Of a DNA stretch of 64,000 bases, positions 1-12,500 are shown in pieces. The stretch is from positions 87,587,626-87,651,625 of the forward strand of contig NC_052146.1 of the NCBI RefSeq assembly GCF_902713615.1, read 5' to 3'. The position numbers and the translations under genes were made by a program. Source of the stretch: Scyliorhinus canicula (taxonomy: Eukaryota). Every line of letters begins with the position of its first letter. Positions within the stretch are counted from its first letter, which is position 1. Under the pieces are notes generated by a model. The model saw only the letters and a list, made by a program, of their open reading frames with translations. It ran no database searches and was not told the origin of the DNA.

Positions 1-496
1 ATTTCCATTCTACAGGAGGCCAGAGTAGCTAAAATACATCCAGACAAATTGATGAGTGATGGAACTGGTTAGCAGCATCTTGGCTGGACTCCAAGATCAG
101 TGAAAGTGCTCCAGACCACTGGCCAGGAAACAAGCCACAAGTAAATAACCTGCCACACTAAATTTGAAAGGATTATTATTTTCAGCAGTAAACAAAACAG
201 GGCTAAATGTTTAACAGAACCATTAGAGAACCATACCCTGGAACATAAAAACTGAAGTATTGCTTCAAGGAATGCATTAAGTTAATGTTATTAATATTCT
301 TTTCAGCTAATGCTTTCTAGAAGCTGTTTCCAGCAGGTTTCACTTCATTGCATTCACCACATACAACATTGATCTGTAATATCATTCCTCTTGCATCCAG
401 TTCATTGACAACTAACATCATGAAGAATTGTTCCATGGCTTGTTCAGATCTGCTTCTTATGGTTTGTGTCATGCTGGCAATGCAGAAGCCACACCA

Positions 497-535
497 TCAT
501 TCTGGAGTTCCCAATCGTTGTTTCAGTATCAAATA
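497..535 (-). CDS. IQCC: IQCC last coding exon (YLILKQRLGTPE*)
   Basis: Acceptor ttttaatag; continues the conserved motif; TGA at 499-497. Confidence 0.88.
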   Translation of the reverse strand, partial: YLILKQRLGTPE

Positions 536-3500
536 CTATTAAAATAAAATACGAACACCACTATGAGCGAGTAAAATCACACACGTGCACACAATCAATG
601 GTTTATAAGACTGTAGCACGAGGACTGGCTAGAGAACATAGAATTTACAGTGCAGAAAGCCATTTGGCCCATCAAGTCTGCACCAATCCTTGGAAAGACC
701 ACTTCCACCCTATCCCTGTAACCCCTCTTAACCTTTTTGGACATTAAGGGCAATTTAGCATGACCAATCCACCTAACCTGCCCATCTTTGGACTGTGGGA
801 GGAAACCGGAGCACCCGGAGGAAACCCATGCAGACACGGGGAGAACGTGCAGACTCCGCACAGACAGTTACCCAAGCCGGGAATCAAACCTGGGACCATG
901 GAGCTGTGAAGCCACAGTGCTAACCACTGTGCTACCATGCCACCCATTGATTACTGATTAGATGCACTCCCTCAGTCACACAGCAACATATTACTTACAT
1001 TTTTACGACTGGCAATGGCCTGTTGCAGCCACAAGAGTTCCATTGCGAGGCTACTTCTGTACTTCTGTAGCCCTTCAAGTGTTGCTGGCATCTCTTTCTT
1101 CTGTAACTTACACAAAGGCTCTGGAAAATTGAAATATCAACATTCTTTCACGGGCTAATTCTTATGTTCAATTCACAAACCAATAACAGGGGCTGTTTAG
1201 CACAAGGCTAAATCGCTGGCTATGAAAGCAGACCAAGCAGGCCAGCAGCACGGTTCGATTCCCGTAACAGCCTCCCCGAACAGGTGTCGGAATGTGGCGA
1301 CTAGGGGCTTTTCACAGTAACTTCATTTGAAGCCTACTCGTGACAATAAGCGATTTTCATTTCATTTTTCATTTATAATGGGGGTTAAAGAAAGAAAGTA
1401 GGTTAGAGGAGAAATTTTATAAGTTTACCCACATTTTAAGAAAATATAACTATGAATTTCTAAAACTTTTGTAAGCCATGTCAAGTGCAGCTGAATCTGT
1501 GATAGGCACATGGGTCAAAACGATTTTCTTTTAAAAAAATAAATACATTTAAAGTACCCAATTCTTTTTTTTTCCAATCAAGAGACAATTCAGCATGGCC
1601 AATCCACCCAACCTGCACATCTTTGGGTTGTGGGGGTGAAACCCACGCAGACATGGGGAGAATGTGCAAACTCCATACTGACAGTGACCCCGGGCCAGGA
1701 TTCGATCCCGGGCCCTCAGCGCAGCAGTCCCAGTGCTAACCACTGCGCCACATGCTGCCCCTGTGCACTATAAGAATTCAATTTTATCCCATAGTGTGAA
1801 CGCCACACAATGGATCTAGCACTTTACCTGTAATGACAATATTGGGTGAAATCTCCAGTACGGTACTATTCCAGACTGATGTCACATCAGTAAAGTTCAT
1901 TGTGGTATCAGAATCTTTCCTCTCATCACCACTTGCAGAGGATATTTTTTCCATTTCTAAAAGGTGAATAGCATCTCCAATCTTTTCTGGTACGTGCTCA
2001 GGTGAAGCATGAATTACAATTGGAGTGCCAGGAACTTCCGACTGCTCAGATAATGTAGGAATATTTCCTGTGGTGGAGAATGTCTGATTTTCACAATAGT
2101 CTTTTTCTGGTTCATCATTCTCAAATAATGGACAAATTCCATTGTTTTCACCTTCATGACAAAGTGTTTCAGATGTTTTCCTTTTAGTTACACCATTCAC
2201 GCCTTTTACATTTTCATTCTGTCAAAGAAGAAAACAAACCCTGTCAAAGCAATTTATAGATTGAAACCTTGTAACCTTAAAGTAACCTTCGTACCACATC
2301 AGCACAAGCCTGAATACTGTCCAGGCCTTGCTGCATGTGGGCACATCTTGCTTCATTATCCAAGAAGGTACAAATGCGACTGAACACAGTGTAATCACCA
2401 GCGGTCCTGCCCAGAGAAAGTAATGCAAATGTTTTTGAAAAATTGTTTACTTTTGACTTTGAACATACCACATCTACAAAAATTAGGAATAGGACAGCTC
2501 GGAGTAAAGCAAGAAATACTACAATAATCCTTCTCGATTTACCTTACTAAACAGGCTGCTAAGCAGACAAAAAAAGTTTAGTGATTAGTCAATTCGTGTG
2601 ACGGGAAAATTTACCCCATAAAACTGCCCTAACATTCATGCTCTAGCTGGTTTTGAAGCAATTTGGAAAAACAAACTCAATTACTGATATCGTTGGACAA
2701 ACCAAGTAGTTGAACTGAAAATCTACTGATGCACAATGAGGCAGTCTTGACACTGTACACACACTGCAGCATCCTGGGAATTGTGTGCTGTCAGTATAAG
2801 CTTTGGGAAGGATGCCAACTCTACCCTTGGTCTTGAGTTCCAAGAATGTTCAAATGATACTCAAACACACAGGACCATTCTTTCAGTGCTTGTAAAAAAA
2901 ACATCAACAACCATGGTTGAAAACTATTAAGTTACAAACCCTATTTTGGCACTAAAGAGGATAAATAGAGCAATGGGAGATTTAAAGTGATCAAGATTGG
3001 AGAACAGTAAATTAAATTCTTATAAACAACATTAACATTTTGAGTCATTTGGCTCTTCATCAGAGCTAACGAGAGGGAGAATGTATTGGACATTAAACTG
3101 TAACTAGGAGAGGTTGCAACAAGATGTAGCAAACATTTTTTTTTATTTTAGAGTACCCAATTATTTTTTCCAATTAAGGGGCAATTTAGTGTGGCCAATC
3201 CACCTACTCTACACATTTTTGGGTTGTGGGGGCGAAACCCACACAAGCACGGAGAGAACGTGCAAACTCCACACGGACAGTGACCCAGAGCCAGGATCGA
3301 ACCTGGGAGCTCGGCGCCGTGAGGCAGCAGGGCTAACCACTGCGCCACCGTGCTGCCCGAGATGTAGCAAACATAAGGACAAAAGACAGATGTCCCAGTG
3401 TGGGAGGAAGGGTCTTTGGATTGAGACAAAATCCATTGGTATCGATTTACACATTAATGGCCCATCTCCGGGAAACAAAGAACGAGTGCTCAGGTAGCCG

Positions 3501-6500
3501 ATACTGTCCCAGACAATCCAGCGCCACTACCCCAGCAAGAAGACACAAACAAAGCAAGGCCAACAGCCACCTAGGACACGCCCAGCCATCAAGGCACCCG
3601 CCCCTTTATTGGCTTAGATAGATGGCAGTGATCGAGAAGCTGCCCAATTAATTGGGACCAAGTTTAAGATCCGCCTAAAAGCGCGCGAAGACCCAAGAAG
3701 AAGAAGGAACCCCCTCGAAAGGTTCGCTCTCTTGGATTTGGCTCTCAAGCAGAGACACCCTTCCACCAGCACCACCAGAAGCACCAGAAGCACGTAAGTT
3801 CAAATTCAATGCTCGCTACCAGACCTTAGCTGTACTCCTGTTACCTCTTCAAACCCAACAGCCTCAGATCCGAACAATGGCCATTGTTCCTCTGACCTAA
3901 GTGGACACCCGAAGTTAAGTATAGGTGTTAGTGATAGACATAGTTTAGCCTGTAGTGTTATTGTGCATGAGGAAATCATACTGTGTATAAATAAAGTAGT
4001 AATAACTTTGAACTAACTAACTAGTGTATTGGCTCTTTGATCGGTTTTCGGGTTGAACCTTGTAGCGGTATCGAGAGATACCTGGCGACCCTGAAAGCAT
4101 ACTCATAATTAGGATTAAGAAAGGTGACCTTATTAACCACCATATTTATAGCAAGTAAACAGAGCAACAGGTCCAAGAGGTGTGAAGAGTTGGGTTATTG
4201 GAGGAGAGGCTACTACGCTTTAAACTGGTATATTTTCTGCAAGTTTTATAGCAAATCATAACTCTGTTCTGCTTGGAAAATAAGTCAAACTAATCAAGAG
4301 ATGCGACACGATATTTAGCATGGCAGGTAAGAAATAGCACTATTAATAGGATCAAGATACTGCTTACAGATGTTGGAGTTGTGATGTTTTAAAGCAGGGA
4401 TGTTAATCCCTGTAACACATAGAAAAACATAGAAAAAATAGGAGCAGGAGGAGGCCATTTGGCCATTCAAGCCTACTCCCCCATTCATTATGATCATGGC
4501 TAATCATCCAACTCAATAGCCTAATCCTGATTTCCCCCATATCCTTTGATCCCCTTCGCCCTAAGTGCTATATCTAACTGCTTCTTGAAACCATACAATG
4601 TTTTGGACTCAAATACTTCCTGTGGTAACGAATTCCACAGACTCGCCACTCTCTGGGTGAAGAAATTTCTCTTCATCTGTGTCTTAAATGGTCTACCTCA
4701 TATACCCAGACTATGACCCCTTGTTCTGGACACACCCTCCATCGGGAACACCCTTCCTGCATCTACCCTGTCCAGTCCTGTTAGAATTTTATAGGTTTCT
4801 ATGAGATCCCCCTCATTCTTCTGAACTCACGTGAATACAATCCTAACGATTCAATCTCTCCTCGTACATCAGTTCTGCCATCCCAGGAATCAGTCTGGTA
4901 AACCTTCGCTGTACCCTCCATAGCTACAACATCCTTCCTCAGATAAGGAGACCAAAACCGTATACAATATTCCAGGTGTATCCTCACCAAGGCCTTGTAT
5001 AATTGCAACAAGACACCCCTGCTCCTGTACTCAAATCTTCTCGCAATGAAGGCCAGCGTACCATTTACCTTCTTTACCGCCTGCTGCACCTGTACGCTTA
5101 CCTTCAATGACTGGTGTGTACAAGGACACCCAGGTTTCATTGCATGTTCCCCTCTCCTAATTTATGGCCATTCAGTTAATAGTATGCCTTCAATGCATTA
5201 ACAGCACTGATTTATATTACTGATTAAGTCAAACTGTGTATTTCAAATGGGATTCTAGGTTTTTGAAGGATGTTTGGGTGGTGTGTGGTAGGCGGGTGGG
5301 GGGATTGCAATGTGGTGGAAGGATGTTTTGGGGTGGTGTTTGGGGGGGGGGGGGGGGGGGGGAGAATGTGGTGGAAGGTAAAACAAATTCCTCAATGTGT
5401 AAATCAATGGCATTATTAAATAAATAACAGCAAAACACTGCGGATACGGGAAATCGAAAATAAAAACAAGAAATGCTGCAGCATCACTGGAGAGAGAAAC
5501 AGAGTTAACGTTTCAAGTCTGTATGACTCTTCAAAGCATTATTCCATGTTCCTTTAGTTAAGTACTTAATCTTTGAATTTGATGTATTGTCACGTGTACC
5601 GAGGTACAGTGAAAAGTATTGTTCTGTGTACTTTATCTTTTTAAAAGAGCAGTGCAGTAACATAAACTATTTCCATATACAGCACGGTGGTTAGCACTGC
5701 TGCCTCACGGCGCTGAGGTCCCAGGTTCGATCCCGGCCCTGGGTCACTGTCCGTGTGGAGTTTGCACATTCTCCCCGTGTTTGCGTGGGTTTCGCCCCCA
5801 AAACCCTAAGATGTGCAGGTTAGGTGGATTGGTCACACTAAATTGCCCCTTAATTGGAAAAAAAATAATTGGGTACTCTAAATTTATTTTTTAAAACTAA
5901 CTACTTCCTGATATTTCACAGGTATTGGGAAAGGGAACATCATGAGGTTTAGCAATACTGGGAGGGTAGCTCTGGAGCTGTGGTACTACTGTATTGGGCA
6001 CAGGTGCTTATAACTTTATGTTTCACACTGTTTCTATGTAAGTGCTGGGATACAAATATCTGATGAGTTCAAACTCTTGTGTTATTTTGTTGTTAAACTG
6101 TAGGCCCTGTACCCAAGTAATATCACAAAGACTATTTGATATTAAGTACACACTCAGTAAATTCAAAGGTTAATTACAATTCAGAGCATGGATCAGAATC
6201 CTGAGATAGTCTTCAGAAAGGCTCTTGCTCCAACATTTATATTTCTGGAGAGGCTTTTACTGGACAATGCAAAAGATTGGTTTTGTTTCTTAAAACTTGC
6301 AATAGACAGTGCGACAGGCAAGTTGCTCCAAAAGGTAGACATATATACAGAAATAAACTCACTGTTCTCCAGTGAAACATACCTGGTTCTTAAATTTGGG
6401 CCTCAGTAGCACCTTGCCATCCCATTCCAACAAGTCCAAGCCTTCTTCGATTTCTTTTACAATACTTTCATAATCTTGACGCAAACGGTGGAACTTTTTT

Positions 6501-9500
6501 CTCACCAAATAACCACGAACATAAGCCTAGAAAAAGAGAGGGTGTAAAAATGTTTTTAAAAAATGAAGCAGAGGGGTTCTTTTGTCAAGGAATATTGCTA
6601 AAATAAACAAAATTCCCAGTCAATGCAAGGTAAAAGGTAAAGTCACCATAGTCCCAGATCCATAGGTTGCTTTCCCCCTTGAGGGGACAGCTGACTGATG
6701 ATGGTTTAACCTGAGGATAACCACACCTTATGCGAGGGGCAAGCTTCAGATGGCGGGCCTTCATGAATAACCTCAGCAGGTGCAGGGCTTGAACCCGTAT
6801 TGCTGGCCTCGCTCTGCATCACAAACCAGCTATCTAGCCAACTGAGCTAAACCGACCCCAGTCACTATATCATTGAGTATCTACAAAACATTAAGCTTAT
6901 ACTGGGCAGTGGGACTGTAAGATTAAAATAAAAGCAAAATAATGTGGTTGATATATAAAAGAACAAACACAGCAGATCTGGCGGCATCTGTGGTGAGAGA
7001 ATATAGGAACAGGAGTTGTTCATTCAGCCCCTCGAGCCTATCATAAGAACTGTGAGCAGGAGTAGGCCATCTGGCCCGTTAAGCCTGCTCCGCCATTCAA
7101 TGAGATCATGGCTGAACTTTTGTGGACTCAACTCCACATTCCCACCTGAACTCCAGAACCCTTTATTCTTCAAAACATTATCTATCTTTATCTTGAAAAC
7201 ATTTAATGAAGGAGCCTCAACTGCTTCACTGGGCAGGGAATTCCATAGATTCACAACCCTTTGGGTGAAGAAATTCCTCCTAAACGCAGTCCTAAATATA
7301 CTTCCCCTTATTTTGAGGCTATGCCCCCTAGTTCTGCTTTCACCCACCAGTGGAAACAAACTCCCCGCATCTATCCTATCTATTCCCTTCATAATTTTAT
7401 GTGTTTCTATAAGATCCCCCACATGCTTCTAAATTCCAACGAGCACAGTCCCAGTCTACTGATCCTCTCCTCGTAATCCAACCTCCTCAACTCTGGGATT
7501 AACTGAGTAAATCTCCTCTGCACACCCTCCAGCGCCAGTGCCATAAGACAAGGAGCAAAATTAGGCCACTTGGCCCAAAGACTCTGCTCCGCCATCCAAT
7601 CATGGCTGATATTTTCTCATCCCCATTCTCCTGCCTTCTCCCCATAAATCCTGATCCCCTTATTAATCAAGAACCTATCTATCTGTCTTAAAGACACTCA
7701 GTGAATTGGCCTCCACAGCCTTCTGCGGCAAAGAGTTCCACAGATTCACCACGCTCTGGCTGAAGAAATTCTTCCTCTTCTCTGTTTTAAAGGATCGTCC
7801 CTTTAGTCTGAGAAGGTGTCCTCTGCTTCTAGTTTTCCCTACAAGTGGAAACATCCTCTCCACGCCCACTCTATCCAGGCCTCGCAGTATCTTGTAAGTT
7901 TCAATAAGATCCCCTCTCATATTTCTAAACTCCAACGAGTACAGACCCAAAGTCCTCAAACGTTCCTCATACAAAACTTTCTTCATTCCAGGGATCACTC
8001 TTGTGAACTTCCTCTGGACCCTTTCCAAGGCCAGCACATCCTTTCTTAGACACGGGGCCCAAAACTGATCACAATACTCCAGATGGGGTCTGACCAGAGC
8101 CTTATACAGCCTCAGAAGTACATCCCTGGTCTTGTATTCTAGCCCTCTTGACATGCTAACATTGCATTTGCCTTCTTAACTGCCTATTGAACCTGCACAT
8201 TAACCTTAAGAGAATCGTAAACAAGGACTCCTAAGTCCCTTTGTGCTTCTGCTTTCCGAAGCATTTCCCCTTTTAGAAAATAGTCTATGCCTATATTCCT
8301 CCTTCCAAAGTGCATAACCTCACACTTTTCCACATTGTATTCCATCTGCCACTTCATTGCCCACTCTCCTAGCTGGTCCAAGTCCTTCTGCAGCCCCCTT
8401 GCTTCCTCAATACTACCTGTCTCTCTTCAGATCTTTGTATCATCTGCAAACTTAACAACAGTGCCTCAGTACCTTCTTCCAGATCATTAACGTATTTTGT
8501 AAAAAGTTGTGGTCCCAGCACAGACCCGAGGCACACCACTAGTCACCGGCTGCCATTCCGAAAAAGATCCCTTTATCCCCACTCTCTGCCTTCTGCCAGT
8601 CAGCCAATCCTTTATCCATGCCAGGATCTTACCCTGAACACCATGAGCTCTTAACTTATTTAACAGTCTCCTATGCGGCACCTTGTCAAAGGCCTTCTGG
8701 AAATCGAAACAAAATCACGTCCACTGGTTCTCCTTTATCTAACATCCCTGTTACCTCCTCAAAAAGCTGTAACAGATTTGTCAGACACGACGTCCCTTTG
8801 ACAAAGCCATGCTGACTCAGTCCTATTTTACCATGCACTTCCAAGTACTTCGCAATCTCATCTTTAATAACAGACTCTAAAATCTTACCAATGACCGAAG
8901 TACTTCCTTTCTCAGGTAATGAGACCAAAAATGAACACAATACTCCAGGTGTGGCCTCACTAACACCTTATACTGTTGCAGTATAACCTCCTTAGTCTTA
9001 AAGTCCATCCCTCTAGCAATGAAGAACAAAACTCCATTCGCCTTCTTAGTCACCTGTTGCACCTGTAAACCAATTTTTTGCGACTCATGCACTAGGACAC
9101 CCAGGTCCCTCTGCACAGCAGCATGTTTTAATATTTTATCATTTAAACAATAATCCCTTTTGCTGTTATTCCTACCAAAATGGATAACCTCACATTTGTC
9201 AACATTGTATTCCACCTGCCAGACCCTAGCCCATTCACTTAAACTATCCAAATCCCTCTGCAGACCTTCAGTATCTTCTGCACTTTTTGCTTTACCACTC
9301 ATCTTGGTGTCATCTGCAAACTTGGACACATTGCGCTTGGTCCCCAACTCCAAATCATCTATGTAAATTGTGAACAATTGTGGGCCCAACACTGATCCCT
9401 GAGGGACACCAGTAGCTACTGATTGCCAACCAGAGAAACACCCATTAATCCCCACTCTTTGCTTTCTATATTTCACCAATGCTCTATCCATGCTACTACT

Positions 9501-12500
9501 TTACCCTTAACGCCATGCATCTTTATCTTGTGCAGCAACTTTTTGTGTGGCATCTTGTCCCTTAATATATCTCTTAATATTTTCGCTTCAGAGAGATCCA
9601 TTCATCTCAGATTTTAAATTAACTGTTCTAGCTTCAACTGCTATTTGTGGGGAAAAGTTCCAAACCTCTACCACCCTTCGAGTGAAGAGGTGCTTAACAT
9701 CTTTCCTGAATGGTCTGGCTCTAATTTGTAGACTACTAATCTCTCCTCATACTTAACCCCTGTAGTCCAGGTATCATTTTTGTAAACCTACGTTACACTC
9801 CCTCCAAGGCCAAAATATCCTTCCTAAGGTGTGGTGCCCAGGACTGTTCACAATACTCCACCGCAGAATCACTGAGCAGAAGCTGATAGCCAAGTACCGC
9901 ATGCATGAGTACAGCCTCAACCGGAACCTTGGATTCATGTTGCATTACATTCACCCCCCACAATCTGGCCTAGGCTTGCAAAATCCTATCAACTGTCCTG
10001 GCTTGAGATAATTCACATCTCTTTAACCTGTGATTATCCCTCTCTCCAGTCACACTGTCTGGACCTGTAAAGACTTAATTACCTGCAAAGACCCACATTC
10101 AAAGTATTGTCTGCTATTTCCCCATTATCACTGACAATATCTCCATAGTCATCTTTTAGTGGGCCGACATTGCTTTTGACCACCTGTCTTCCCGTTAGAT
10201 GTCCCTTGCAAGTTGCATTTTTGTAAGCTTTTTCTTCTTGTTTTATGCTGTCCCCAAGCTCTTTAGTTGTCCATAGCTTTTTGTTTTGTGAAGTGGAGCC
10301 TTTTCCTCTCAGGGGTATATACTCACTCAGTATCTCGTTAAATGATTCTTTAAATATTCTCCACTGATCTACAGTCGTTTGACACAATAACAGATCTTCC
10401 CAATTTACCGTGGACAGTTTCTGTCTCACTCCGTTTAAGTCAGCCATATATCCAAGTCTAAATTTCTAGTATCTGAAACATGCTTTTCACTGTCAAATGC
10501 TACACTGAATTCAACCATTTGACATATGTTCGCACACAGTTAAGCTACTAATTAAACTTAAGAAACAGAGTTAATGTTTTGAATCTGATATGACTCTTCC
10601 TAGGTACCCAGTTTCTCCAACACAAAATTAGTGTTTGTACCATTTGGCCTTGCACAACTGTTAATACTTATTGTTTTAATAAAATATTTAAGACTCTCAC
10701 TCAGAATTTAAGACTGCCATTATTCAATAGTTTTAAAATTACTCAGCAACATGTCCAGTTTTTAAGCAGTATCCTCTGAGTTATTATCCAACTCGCAAAA
10801 AGAAAGTAGTTCACGGTCAGGGCCCTAATTAAATTATTTTTGTTTCCTTTCAGTGTTGGAAACAATCTTTGAAGGACATGTGCAGAAAATCTCAAACAAA
10901 TAAATAAATATATGTGCAATGGAATTCAGCTGCAATGATAGATTAATGTATTCTTCTTTTCGATGGTGGCACAGTTTCTGTGCACCAGGGTGTTTTTTAT
11001 TAGCAGTGAAACAATATTAAACACAGCACTGAGCATAAATATGCAAACGTCTGCTGTGCTAAAGGTTAGCACTCAGTCAGAAGTTTGCAGATTGTAGGTT
11101 CCAGCTATACTCCTGGGCTAAAGTCTTGGCTCACCACTTCAGTGCGGTGCTGCTACCTTTCAATTGAGACACAATGCAGACCTAGTAATCCAGAGACCCA
11201 GAGTACTGAACTGGGGTCCCGGGTTCAAATCACACCTTGGCAGATGGCAAAATTAGAATTCAATAGAAATCTGGAATTAAAAGCCCATGAAACCATTGTT
11301 GATTGTTGTAAAAACCCATCATGTTCTTTAGAGAAGGAAATCTGTTATCTTTTGACAAAGAGTCATCGAGACTCAAAGCATTAGCTCCCTTTTGTTGCTC
11401 GTTATGCTTCCCCTTAACTTGCTCTGTTTTAATTACCTTTGCTCAAGAGTCACCAGGTACCTTTCTGATAACACCACAGGGTTCAAAGCCGAATACTGAT
11501 CAATGACTCGATACACCAGTTAGTAAGTTTGAAATCAATACACATTTATTTACACACACCGTCAATTATTACTCATGCATAAACTATACTCGCTAAACTA
11601 CAACTACTACTAAAGCCTACACTTAGCTTCGAGTGGCCCACTCAGTCAGAGGAACAATGGCCGTTGTCCGGTTCTGATACTGTTGGCTTCGAACTGATAT
11701 GGAATAATAGCTAGGAGCGCCTATCTTGTAGCGTGCGTTAACCTTAGACTTACTTGGCTGGTGCTTGGCGGCCTCTCGTCGCTGAGAGCCAAAAGCCAAG
11801 GTGAAGGTGAAGAGATCTTCCAAGAGCTTCCAAGAGAGCGAACTGACCTTGGGGACTCTGTTTTATAGCCCCCAGGGGTTTCGCGCCCTTCTGGGCGGAC
11901 CCTGGATTTGGTCCCAATTAATTGGACCATGTCCCAATCGTTCGTATTGATTTTCTCCAATACCAGGGTTGTTCCCTGATCGTTGGGCGGGCCCTATGTA
12001 ACCGTTGGCCTGCCTTTGTTTTAGCTTCCACTGGCGCCGTGGAGTCTGTCCTGGTCTCGATTGTTTCAATGTTTCTTTTTGTCCCCGGAGATAGCTCATT
12101 ACTATGCTAATGGCTATTGGTTTCAGTCTTGTCTGAGTTCTGCAGGTCCTAATGCACAGGAAACCTTGCACCTGCTTGTTTTCTCTAGTGCTGTCCATTT
12201 TTCCCTGCACTCTTTGAGAGTGTCCATTTTGGAATCGGGACGTGGCCACCCCAGGTGGCTACACTTTTCTCTCCATAGATGATGTCAAACCTGCTGAGAG
12301 TGTTCAGTATTTTCTGTTTTTGTTTCAGATTCCAGCATCCGCAGCAATTTGCTTTTATAATCTGTTATCCTTATCTGGTCTGGCCTATATGTGACTCCAG
12401 GCCCATAGTAATGTGGTTGACTCTGAACTGCCACTCAGTTCAAGGGCAATTAGGGATGGGCAATTAGAATTGTTAGCGATTTGCACATTCTCCCCGTGTC

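Noticed and set aside
1784-2200. 138-aa ORF as a stand-alone gene
   Set aside because: It is internal exon 3 of IQCC, bounded by splice sites at 2218 and 1828.
6760-6859. SINE heads as tRNA genes
   Set aside because: They have A/B boxes but no complete cloverleaf, and continue into SINE bodies.
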